Assembly: GCA_965214775.1 (NCBI GenBank) | Contig: OZ243974.1 | Span: forward strand, 288,001-352,000 | Reading direction: 5' to 3' | DNA length: 64,000 nt | Origin: Nitrosopumilus sp. | GTDB lineage: Archaea > Thermoproteota > Nitrososphaeria > Nitrososphaerales > Nitrosopumilaceae | Shown: positions 50,185-59,987 of the stretch, one piece after another | How positions within the stretch are numbered: position 1 is the first letter of the stretch | Layout of the letters: every line of letters starts with the position of its first letter | Translations under genes and position numbers: made by a program | Notes under the pieces: model-generated | Seen by the model: the letters and a program-made list of their open reading frames with translations, nothing else | Told to the model about the DNA's origin: nothing | The model's database searches: none

Positions 50185-51063
50185 GTGGTATCGATAGTAA
50201 AGCGAAAGCGAAACAACAAAACATTTTACTACCTTCAGCACAAAATACGAAGTCAGAAAAGACAGAGGGAGATCTACCTGGGCAAGGAGATCCCAGACGA
50301 CATTGAACAAATAAAGTATGATTTCCTGCTAGAGTTCTACAGGTATGACTGGATCTCCAAGCTGGAACAAATCCAGAAAAACTACAAAAAAACAAGGGCT
50401 AGGACTCCAGAGTCCGCACGAAAAAAAGAGACAGAGGAATTCTCCATCAGATTCACCTATAACACTCAAAAGATAGAGGGCTCCACCCTGACCCTGCGAG
50501 AGACTGCGGATCTCATACTGGACGGGATAACCCCGTCAAGCAAGCCTGCAAGCGACATGACTGAAACTAGGATGCACCAGAAGCTGTTTTTGCAGATCAT
50601 GCACAAAAAGCAGGATCTGTCGCTGAGAACTGTTCTGTCGTGGCACAAGTCGCTCTTTGGCGAAACAAAGCCCGACATTGCAGGCAGCGTCCGTGATTTT
50701 GATGTGCGCATAGGCGGAAGCAGGTTCATCCCACCCAAATCAGAGGCAGTCCCCATTCTACTGAAGGGCTTCTTTGCCTGGTACAGGCAAAGCCAAGGGA
50801 AGCTAAATCCTGCTGAGCTGGCCGCCCTAGTCCACCTGAAGTTCGTAACAATACATCCGTTTGGTGACGGAAACGGCAGGATATCAAGGCTTATGATGAA
50901 CCATGTCCTGAATCGATTTGACTATCCGATGCTTGACATAGAGTATGCAGACCGGAGGTCGTATTATACGGCGCTTGAGAGATCAAGTGCAAGAAATAGC
51001 GACATTGTGTTTTTGCAGTGGTTCATGAAGAGATACATCAAGACATTTAGTGATTTTCTTTGA
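50185..51063 (+). CDS. Fic-family protein (paralog of 47479-48360)
   Basis: TQKIEG and HPFGDGNGRISR. Confidence 0.92.
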   Translation: MVSIVKRKRNNKTFYYLQHKIRSQKRQREIYLGKEIPDDIEQIKYDFLLEFYRYDWISKLEQIQKNYKKTRARTPESARKKETEEFSIRFTYNTQKIEGSTLTLRETADLILDGITPSSKPASDMTETRMHQKLFLQIMHKKQDLSLRTVLSWHKSLFGETKPDIAGSVRDFDVRIGGSRFIPPKSEAVPILLKGFFAWYRQSQGKLNPAELAALVHLKFVTIHPFGDGNGRISRLMMNHVLNRFDYPMLDIEYADRRSYYTALERSSARNSDIVFLQWFMKRYIKTFSDFL

Positions 51064-51104
51064 CGGGATACTGCACTCTGGCGTGGGATGCAAAAGGAGG
51101 ACTG

Positions 51105-51215
51105 GTAACTGATCGGGCTCTGGAAGCTATTCCTGATTTTAGGCACAAATTCTGTTTGAACGGCCCTTTTTGGTGGCAAAATTCGTGCCTGATCTTCCAG
51201 AGCCCGAGCTGCTAC
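51105..51215. mobile_element. MITE family I (about 110 bp)
   Basis: TIR GTAACAGGTCGGGCTCTGGAAG-like; copies 52704-52814 and 63174-63283. Confidence 0.85.
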
Positions 51216-51544
51216 GATTTAAGACGCATATTTGATGACAAATGATTGTAAAAATTAAAAAATTCCAAACACTAGACAATTCTTTTTTAAAATCCATGGC
51301 AACGCGTGTAAATCCACATCCTTTACCTGGAGGAGTAGACTTTAGTACTTCCCAGGTGTACTTTTACAGGCATGGTAACTATGTAATTTGCAGAAGACCT
51401 TATGCGTAAACGAAATTAGCGGCTATGCCGTGCCGGGTCTGCAAAAGCACACATAGGAAATACTGGCTTGATGGTTGAGCTGCGCAGTCTGCTAAAGAAC
51501 TATGCCGGAAGCCTAGCCTAACGCAGATATGATTGATCCGGATT

Positions 51545-51955
51545 CTATCCAAAGCAGTCTGTATCTTTCATGTTGTTAGAACCTACGGGATATTCAGCAA
51601 AGGTTTCAAGTGTTGCAAGATCCTTACATACCAATTTTGGACCCACGTGGCCTCCAAATATCGTTACCTCCAGCTGGGCAATGTGTGGAGGCTCTTCAAC
51701 GGCAGCTGACCAAACAATAACATGACTGTTTAGTAAACCGTCAGTGACTGTTACCGGCTCCCTAGTATGGTCGGGATATTTTTCCTTGTAGTTCTGAACC
51801 AACCCAGTTTCCTCTAACATGTTTTTCCATTGCTTGCCACTCAAATCTGCAATGCCTGCAAAATGCAAGCCGGCCTCATACATGCCAAAATAAGAAATCA
51901 CTAAAATTCCCACGACAACGGATGCAATTATGACGATCTTTCTGTTTTTAGTCAT
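51545..51955 (-). CDS. Membrane-anchored hypothetical protein
   Basis: N-terminal TM/signal segment, two C-terminal Cys. Confidence 0.65.
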   Translation of the reverse strand: MTKNRKIVIIASVVVGILVISYFGMYEAGLHFAGIADLSGKQWKNMLEETGLVQNYKEKYPDHTREPVTVTDGLLNSHVIVWSAAVEEPPHIAQLEVTIFGGHVGPKLVCKDLATLETFAEYPVGSNNMKDTDCFG

Positions 51956-51989
51956 GTGGGATCCAAAAAGCAGTTCGTCCCCCCCCCCC

Positions 51990-52250
51990 TTTTATCTGAC
52001 ATCATACTCCCTCCTGTCTGCCCGTCAATAACGGTTTCCTCCTTGGGCATCTTTCTGAGAAATGCTTGGGAGGACGTCTCCTGGTTGTCCCAGTCCGGCG
52101 ACCTGTGGGGCCTGTCGTGATTGTACCACTGCATGAACAGGTCTATCGGGTCACTCTTTCTCATCATGATCTCCTCGAACTCGTGCAGTTTGCGCTGGAT
52201 CTCCCCGTGGAGGCGCTCGACCTTTCCGTTGGTCTGTGGACGTCCTAGGC
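51990..52250 (-). pseudogene. IS481/integrase-core transposase remnant
   Basis: PQTNGKVERLHG and WYNHDRPH. Confidence 0.8.
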
Positions 52251-52414
52251 CTGTAGTCAATACATAAAAAATGGAATATGATTTTAACACATCGTGCCTA
52301 TTTCACCAAAAAAATATTCCATTTTCAACTGCATGCACTAGAGCAGAAATAATTGAGGTTTTTTACGTGTAGCTATGACCTGCTTTGACTCAAAGACTTC
52401 TGCCCGTTGCTATA

Positions 52415-52703
52415 TCACAAAAATCCGTGGATACTTTTGAAAAGTTCGTTGAAGAGAACAAAGATGAACTGGCTACACTGGAAATCATATACTCCAAGCC
52501 ATACAGAATGCGCGATATTACCTTTGATGACATAAAGAATCTGTCAAAGGCAATACAGACGCCTCCCTACTCGCTAACGCCGGAGTTGCTGTGGAGTGCA
52601 TACGGGAGACTGGACAGATCCAAGGTAAGGAGGAATCCTGTAAAGAAGCTGACCGATCTGATATCCATCATAAGATATTCCACCGGAAAGCAGGACATGC
52701 TGG
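52415..52703 (+). pseudogene. hsdR: Type I restriction enzyme R subunit C-terminal remnant
   Basis: FEKFVEENKDELATLEIIYSKPY...LWSAY...LTDLISIIRY, bounded by MITEs. Confidence 0.65.
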
Positions 52704-52814
52704 GTAACAGGTCGGGCTCTGGAAGTTCAGGCGCGAGTTTTGTTATCTCGGGGAGGCCTCCCATGTAGATTCGTGCCTAAAATCAGGAACAGCTTCCAGA
52801 GCCCGACCTGTTAC

Positions 52815-53330
52815 GTAAATCTTGCAAAAAAACACGAAATATTCACGAAGGTTTTAGATCTTGTCTGTAGATCCGACATTACGCTGGTCAACGTAATTAT
52901 TTTCAAAGACAGGATGAAGGACAAATACGTAACTCCAAAGCCATTGGAATATTCCTGGACTCTTATTGTCGAACGTTTTGAGTATTTTCTAAGACAGAAA
53001 CCTAAAGAGACCAACAACGGATTGCTTTTCGTAGACGCCAGTCAAAAGATTCCAGAGTCGGAAATCAAAGACATAGTTTGGAGGCTGGTTAGAACAGGCA
53101 GTTTGTGGCAACGAGTTGAGCATGTTATCGAAGATCCGATTTTCACCAAATCACATTTGCGAAATTTGATTCAGCTTGCAGATATGATCGCATATGTAAT
53201 TCACAAGCATTACAAAGGCGATCCCAAATTCGCAGATTGGTTTGAGATGTTAAAACCAAAAATGTATCAGCCTAACGGAAAATTGCATGGTTTTGGCATC
53301 AAAGAATTTCCTGACTGGTATAAACAATAG
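52815..53330 (+). pseudogene. DUF3800-family protein, N-terminally truncated
   Basis: IEDPIFTKSH...IQLADMIAY motif; 5' end replaced by a MITE. Confidence 0.7.
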
Positions 53331-54383
53331 CAGGAAGCAGGTCCACACAGATGCAGAGTACTACTTCCCTACAATCGCACCGATGCGATTCTTACCGTAT
53401 TATGTCATCTTGCCATATATTTTCTTTTTGTATGTGACAGCTAAGTGAAAAGTACCCCAGTCAGGCAGAAAATCAAGGAATTAGACCGTCTTGACAACAC
53501 TATCAGATGCAAACAGATCAATTAGGGTGCGGCCCCGTGGTTTTCGTTGAAGCAAAAATCCAGACAGTGCCGCGATCTTGAGAACAACCCGCGCATATAT
53601 AGTGAAAAACACAAGTTCGTGAAATCCTAGACTTGATTCCGAGGCATTCCATGATGTCTTGATCTTCACGAACTTTTGTTTCACACTATATGAACATGTT
53701 GCAGATGGTAGTTTGTTGCATAACCCTTCCTAAAATTTGAAACTTTACTGAAAATCACCGGAATGATCAACTAATTCTGACCGAAAAAGTAATGGATCAT
53801 GAGGATGCCTCGTATGGTATACATTGACACACACGGACAATGCAAAGTACGTAGAGAGAGGGGCAGGCCTGGTCGTCAAGTACAACCCGGACTGGGAGAA
53901 GGATCTCAAGGCTGCCAACCGCCACAAGGAGGGCGCCCCGTTCCTGTACGCAGAAGGCATGATATAGCAACGGGCAGAAATCTTTGAGTCAAAGTAGGCC
54001 ATAACTACGCGTAAAAAACCTCAATTATTTTTGCTCGTTGCTATAATGGCCGCAGCCGCCCTCAGGACCGCATTCATGCTAAAATACAGGCAGCTGTCAG
54101 GTATGCTCGGGGAGATGCTAAAGGGTGCGGACTCGCCGTGTTACACCACGATATTCAGAAGGATACAGAAGCTTGACGTCGACATTGCAGAGAACATAAT
54201 CACGGTGCGCGACAAGACCTGTAACCTAGTCATGATAGCTGACGCCACGGGCCTCAAGCAGCACAACCGGGGCGAGTGGATACGCAAGAAATGGAAGGTA
54301 AGGCGAGGATTCGTCAAGATGCACCTGATGGTTGATGCAGACACCAAGCAGGTGCTGGCAGTATCTGTCACAAGTGATGCAAT

Positions 54384-55868
54384 AGACTTTATGCGTAATT
54401 GGAAAATCTGATCTAAAAATACAACACAACAGATCATGGTTTGCATACCTACAACCATAAAGATCAGTAATGGTTCTCTAACGGTATGGGTTCAGATGTC
54501 GAGCTTGTCCAAACACTGCAAGAGCAAAACAAGAGTTTGGTAGAGCAAAACGAGCATCTGAAGAGCAGGCTTGCGTTTGAGGACTCGTTGTGGCAGTCCG
54601 AAGAAAACAAGACAAAAAGAGTCGTGCGCGGCGGGACGCCTCTGCGGATGCACGCAATCGAGGTTGCAGACGGCATAATCGGCGATCCGGTGCGCCTTCG
54701 CAACGTCACGGGATGCACAAAGGAGTCATTTGAGATCATACTGGAGCGCTTTACGGAAGAAGTCATGGACGACGAGGACAGACCCCTGTTCTGGGAGGAC
54801 GACGTAAGAGGCGGCGATGCCGGAAACCGGTGCAAGCTGTACATCAGGCACGCGCTGCTTGCAGTACTCATGAGCATAAGGACCAAGGCAACGCAGCATC
54901 ATCTGGCCGCAACGTTTGACGTCGACCAGTCCACAATGTCCAGGTACCTCCGGTACGGTGCCGTGTTACTGCGCCAGATCCTGCCTGCCTCCGAAAAGCT
55001 AACAAGCATCATCTGCAAGACCCCGGCAGGCAAGCTGGAGGAGGTGCTGATCCCAAAAAAGACGCTCCTGATTGACGGCACCCTGACTCCGGTAGACAGG
55101 CCCGGGGACAGGACCGCAAGAAAGACCAGATACTCGGGAAGAAAAAAGCGGCACATGTTCAACACGATAATTACCTCGAACCTGGACGGCCTCATACTGC
55201 ACTGCGGCAAGACTGTGGACGGAAGCGTCAACGACAAGGGCGTGATGAACGCAGGGGGCGGCCCGGACTTTGGAAGGCACACCGGATCAATGAGGAATGC
55301 AAAAAACGCAGACGATCCGGAAGAGGCGTTTGTGATTTACAGCGACCTGGGATTTGAGGGCATTCAAAAGATGCTTCCGGGCGCCATACACAGGCAGCCC
55401 CCAAAGAAGCCCAGGGACGGGGATCTTACTGCAACGCAAAAGAGGCGCCGCAAGCAGATAAGCAGGGTTCGCGTCAGAGTGGAGCACCACATAGGACGGC
55501 TCAAAAGATATGGCATTCTTACCATGCCGTTTGGCGGAACTGCCAAGGATCTCAATTATTTCATGCAGATAATCACGGGTCTTGAGAACCTCAAGACGAT
55601 GTTGAAAAGGAAAAAACACTACGGCCGGCTGCTGCAGCAGCTGCATCTGCTGCCAGACACATGACATACGGCGGTACGGACCGCCATTCTTTCTGACTTG
55701 TCAGCGGGGCACATTGCCGTGCTGCATGGTTGCGCACGTTCTTTTGGCGCAACTGACTTTTACGTGCGTCATGACACGAGATGCATGCGGTAATTTGATC
55801 CGATCAGCGCATTTGCGTTTGGAAAAGCCTACGGAATTTTTAATCACGGTCGATTACGCATAAAGTCT
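54384..55868 (+). mobile_element. IS5/ISL2 (PIF-Harbinger-like) element, complete
   Basis: TIR AGACTTTATGCGTAAT; AAT target duplication. Confidence 0.92.
54486..55664 (+). CDS. DDE_Tnp_4 transposase
   Basis: HTH (FDVDQSTMSRY), LIDGT, YSGRKKRH, DLGFEG, RVRVEHHIGRLK. Confidence 0.92.
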   Translation: MGSDVELVQTLQEQNKSLVEQNEHLKSRLAFEDSLWQSEENKTKRVVRGGTPLRMHAIEVADGIIGDPVRLRNVTGCTKESFEIILERFTEEVMDDEDRPLFWEDDVRGGDAGNRCKLYIRHALLAVLMSIRTKATQHHLAATFDVDQSTMSRYLRYGAVLLRQILPASEKLTSIICKTPAGKLEEVLIPKKTLLIDGTLTPVDRPGDRTARKTRYSGRKKRHMFNTIITSNLDGLILHCGKTVDGSVNDKGVMNAGGGPDFGRHTGSMRNAKNADDPEEAFVIYSDLGFEGIQKMLPGAIHRQPPKKPRDGDLTATQKRRRKQISRVRVRVEHHIGRLKRYGILTMPFGGTAKDLNYFMQIITGLENLKTMLKRKKHYGRLLQQLHLLPDT

Positions 55869-56662
55869 AATCGGCGACAGCACGGAACTGCCGGCACTGC
55901 TTGAGGATGCAGTCAAGAACATCAAGAAGGAAGAGGAGGAAGAGGAGCAGAACCGCACCGACAGCGCGGATGCAGTCAAGAACATCAAGAAGGAAGAGGA
56001 GCAGAACCGCACCGACAGCGCGGATGCAGTCAAGAACATCAAGAAGGAAGAGGAGCAGAACCGCACCGACAGCGCGGATGCAGTCAAGATCCCCAACATG
56101 CTTGCAGACGGGACATAGCCGCTGGCTGTACTCGGTACCGGCGCGAATCCAGATATACCGGGAAAGATCCTGCTTGCAGACGGCGCATACGGCTCAAGGA
56201 AAAACGTAGCCGAGTGTCACAAACGCGGCATAAAACCGCTCATACGGCTTTTGACAAGTTGCAATGCAAGGGGCAAGGGCACCGGCGACAAGTGGGGCCG
56301 GCTGGTGCGGTGGCAGCTCGGGGGCGGCCCCGAGGTGCCTGTGGGTGATCTCTCAAAGGAGGAAAGACAGGAGAACCTGCGGTACTGGAAGAGCACGGTC
56401 GGCTTTGGCAGCAGATGGATCGTCGAGATCGTGATATCGGCCATAAAGCGTATGTTCGGCGAGTGCGTAATGGCCCTCAAGTGGTCCAATATAGTGCAGG
56501 AAGTAAAGCTGAGGATATGGCTGTACAACAAGTGGATTGCAGAGGCGGTGGCTGCCGTGTAGGAACCGGGCGCCGGTCATGATCCGGGCGGACTGACTTG
56601 GCTCTAGTCGGAGTTATGTAACAAACTAGGCAACCGCAGAACTTTATATAATTCAGCGAGGA

Positions 56663-57061
56663 ATGATCACTGTGATTACCCCACATGATGCACGAAGATT
56701 CATAGACAGCACTGGTGCCGATTACGGACAGGATGTCGTTCTGCCTGATTGCATAGACACAAGTGAATGCCAAGAGTTCTTTGGTACAAGGTGTCCTGAC
56801 AATGTTCATGTCAAGAGTGACAGAACAGCGCACGTAGACAGGGCAGACCCACGCGACGACCCGATCGGGCATCTCAAATATGACGTGGGCGTTCCGTATG
56901 CCGTAATGGCAGCTCCTGTGGGCGCCATGATCGGTGCCGCGGCAATGAAACGTAACAGGAAAAACGGTGCCCTTGTAGGAGGAACCATCGGTCTCGTTCT
57001 GGGCATGGTTGCAGATACCGTAAATAATTCTAAAAACCACAACAGTTGGAGCTTGACATGA
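56663..57061 (+). CDS. Hypothetical protein with C-terminal glycine zipper
   Basis: GAMIGAAA...GALVGGTIGLVLG. Confidence 0.65.
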   Translation: MITVITPHDARRFIDSTGADYGQDVVLPDCIDTSECQEFFGTRCPDNVHVKSDRTAHVDRADPRDDPIGHLKYDVGVPYAVMAAPVGAMIGAAAMKRNRKNGALVGGTIGLVLGMVADTVNNSKNHNSWSLT

Positions 57062-57194
57062 TGGAGGACGTAGATTTTGAAATCCAGTACAAGCCTGAAA
57101 GATACTACAGGAGTTCCAGGCATTATTATGATGATGACGATGGTGAGCTGGATTTGGATGGCCTGAGCCTAAGCTCTCATTCCTAGAAAACACG

Positions 57195-58198
57195 ATGCCT
57201 AGCTTTAGCGAGATTCAAAAGGAGATACTGGAGGAAAGGGCTCCGGAAACCAAGCATGATACGGTCTGAATCTGCGGCCCAATATGCAAATATCGCAAAA
57301 GAAGGAGGAAAGGGCTCCGGAAACCAAGCATGATACGGTGAGAAGAAGATATCTTGCGAAAATGTCCGAAAAGACAGGCAGAAACACAATACTGTACTAC
57401 TCGGGATGGCTACAAAAGCCGGTCAGGAGCATTTCCGCGTTGACGTCGATCAGCGACAATGACAAAAATGGCTTTATGAGTGTAATACGAGGACTGGATG
57501 TCTCCAAAGGTCTTGACATAATACTGCATACCCCCGGGGGAGACATAGCAGCTACGGAATCCCTCATAGACTATCTTAACCAAAAATTTCACGGAGACAT
57601 GAGGGCGATTATCCCACAACTTGCCATGTCCGGTGGGACGATCATAGCTTGTGCGTGCAAGGAAATAGTGATGGGAAAGCAATCCAGCCTGGGACCCATC
57701 GATCCGCAGATAAACGGGCTGGCCGCATCTGGGATCGTGTCAGAATTTTATCATGCAAGCAAGGAGATGAAACATGACAGAAGCAAGATCAACGTGTGGG
57801 GACCGATCATATCCAGTTATCCGCCATCACTTGTTGAAAACTGCAAGAAGGCGATATCCTGGTCCAAGGAGCTTGCGTCAGACTACCTGTCCGGCTCCAT
57901 GTTCAGAGATGATTTAAAGCTCGATCATGGTCCAGTCCAGCAAAAAATTGATGGCATCATACGCCTTTTGACGGATCAAAACATGACCAAATCACATTCA
58001 AGACACATACCAATGCCGGTATGCCAAAATACCTGATTGAAGATAGTAGAGATGGAAAAAGATCATGATCTGCAAGACATCATTCTCTCGGTACACCACG
58101 CCTCAGCACTGACAATTATGAACACGCCTACTGTCAAAATAATAGAAAACCAGAACGGGCAGGCATACATTTCTGGATATTCCAAGACGCCTGCGTGA
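57195..58198 (+). pseudogene. ClpP-class serine protease (SDH_sah/S49-like), disrupted
   Basis: LHTPGGD, AMSGGT, LGPIDPQ, SHSRHI; 74-bp insertion near the 5' end and in-frame TGA at 58034. Confidence 0.8.
57230..57339. repeat. 36-bp direct repeat flanking a 38-nt unique insert
   Basis: GGAGGAAAGGGCTCCGGAAACCAAGCATGATACGGT at 57230 and 57304. Confidence 0.95.
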
Positions 58199-59511
58199 TA
58201 TTGGCAGGCAGAGTCTGCAGTTTTTGACCACTGTAACCTTTCAGACAAGCTCCAGTTTGACATGACCATTACGAGGCAACTTCCTGCGTCAATCCTAGAG
58301 AAGATTGATTCGATTTTTGTGACGATGCGGTGTTGTTCGTTGAGGGGCGGAAGTAAAACAGGAATCATTTTCATACGTGCTTGATTTAGTTTTAGTCTAG
58401 TTGTACCGGTAACATACTCATGATAGTCAAATTGATTCAAGAAAAAACAGAGAAATCGATTATGTAGTATCTCGTTGATTCCCTTTAACACGTGAGCATG
58501 GTTGTTTACCCAGCTTTTTCCAGAAATTAAATATGCTTTGTCTTTAAGTCTGTCTAAAAACGGTGCTGCATCCTCCCCCAATAATGTCAGCTCTTCATCA
58601 AACAGATAATCATCTATCCATCCAACTTGCCCAGTTGAGCCATAATACGGTATATTTCCCTGCCTTTGTTTACGTTCACTGGAGTTTATGGGTATTCTTC
58701 TGCTGTCTAAGATTTCTACACAGTTTTTTAATTCTGTCCTAATCCATCCCTCTGGAAGATTGTCTTTTTCAATGATCAACTCTTTTCCAGAACCCTCGTG
58801 AATTCTCTTCAACAAAACTTCGGCCGGCTCGTCCTTGGCATCCTGCGGAACCAGCCTTCCCTCAAAGGCCTGCTTGAGCACGCTGCTTCTCAGCTGCGCC
58901 AGGCTTCCGGAGGCGGATCTGGCATGCACGGACAGCGCCTCCAGCTTTTCTTTTGCCGCATCAATCTGTGCGAAGATTGATTCTACTTTTGTGACGATTC
59001 TCTTTTGTTCATTGAGTGGTGGAATATTAATTTCTAATTTTTTAATGACTGATTTGGGAATTTCTTTGAAGGTGGTGCCAGTAGCTTTCTCAACGAGTAA
59101 TTTTCTATTTGCCCATAACCAATATGCCAGAAAATAATTATGAACCATCTTCGAACACACAAAAGATGCAAATCCTTGATTTGTAGTAACTTCTGTCCCA
59201 GAAATTGCGACATACCCTATGCTTGCTCTTGATGTTAAAAGAACCGCATTTGAAGGTGTCAATTTTGCAGAGCTCTTTGCCAATCCCAATTGAGTAATCT
59301 TTTCCTTTGATGTATTGATCTTTGTGATTTTCTCTTTAGGAATTTCTGTAGGTGTCAGCCAAATAACGTCTCCGTCAAAATATTCTGAAATTTTTCTTGA
59401 CGGGGTACCTCCACCTATAAGATCACAAATGTTTTCCATTTCTATCCTAATCCATCCTTTTGGAAGATTGTCTTTCTCAAATTCTGTGTTCTTCTGATGA
59501 TGACTGCTCAT
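58063..59511 (-). CDS. hsdS: Type I R-M specificity subunit with aberrant C-terminus
   Basis: LPKGW/LPEGW, two TRDs, PPLNEQ x2; similarity stops at IFSRIDA (about 58286). Confidence 0.88.
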   Translation of the reverse strand: MSSHHQKNTEFEKDNLPKGWIRIEMENICDLIGGGTPSRKISEYFDGDVIWLTPTEIPKEKITKINTSKEKITQLGLAKSSAKLTPSNAVLLTSRASIGYVAISGTEVTTNQGFASFVCSKMVHNYFLAYWLWANRKLLVEKATGTTFKEIPKSVIKKLEINIPPLNEQKRIVTKVESIFAQIDAAKEKLEALSVHARSASGSLAQLRSSVLKQAFEGRLVPQDAKDEPAEVLLKRIHEGSGKELIIEKDNLPEGWIRTELKNCVEILDSRRIPINSSERKQRQGNIPYYGSTGQVGWIDDYLFDEELTLLGEDAAPFLDRLKDKAYLISGKSWVNNHAHVLKGINEILHNRFLCFFLNQFDYHEYVTGTTRLKLNQARMKMIPVLLPPLNEQHRIVTKIESIFSRIDAGSCLVMVMSNWSLSERLQWSKTADSACQYHAGVLEYPEMYACPFWFSIILTVGVFIIVSAEAWCTERMMSCRS

Positions 59512-59711
59512 TGTTTTTCTGGGGATTGGCTCTTGTTCCAGATCTGAATCTGTCCGCCATAGATCCCGTCATCATACACTATCGGCGGAACCTGTGCATA
59601 GAACCCGCTTCTGCCGGAACTAAACGTCTTTGGAGCCATCGGAACCTCATACTCCTTGCCATCAGGCATCTTTATTGTAGCAAACGCCATTTTTGGTTTT
59701 TCTTCAGACAT
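59508..59711 (-). CDS. Small hypothetical protein
   Basis: MSEEKPKMAF...KTFSSGRSGFYAQ; stop overlaps the hsdS start. Confidence 0.6.
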   Translation of the reverse strand: MSEEKPKMAFATIKMPDGKEYEVPMAPKTFSSGRSGFYAQVPPIVYDDGIYGGQIQIWNKSQSPEKQ

Positions 59712-59987
59712 ACCTACACCATCACGCTTGTACAAATAACTCTTGCCAACCCGCTGTTTTTGAAGATGTAAGGTGGCAGGCAGGCATGCATGCAGGCATG
59801 CATGCAGGCAGGTAGGCAGGCAGTCTTGGAAAGCGTCAAGTCCCGGGATTTTGCGGGAAGCGCTGTTTTGCAAGCCCGGCGGCTGACACGGAAGAGAAGA
59901 ACTTCACAAGCCGTCATACGGCATCATAACAAACCCAAATGGCCTCCTCAAAATAGGTATAAAGCAAAGGGACAACAGCTCTAGCAC

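Larger units (their letters stand above)
53709..56628 (+). mobile_element. IS5-family element (second copy) inactivated by MITE A, a nested IS and a stop codon
   Basis: Same TIRs and transposase as 182-1532. Confidence 0.92.

Noticed and set aside
13682-57339. Calling the repeat-spacer-repeat loci CRISPR arrays
   Set aside because: Each has only two repeats, the repeats differ between loci, two are coding sequence, and no cas gene or leader is visible. Reported as scars instead.
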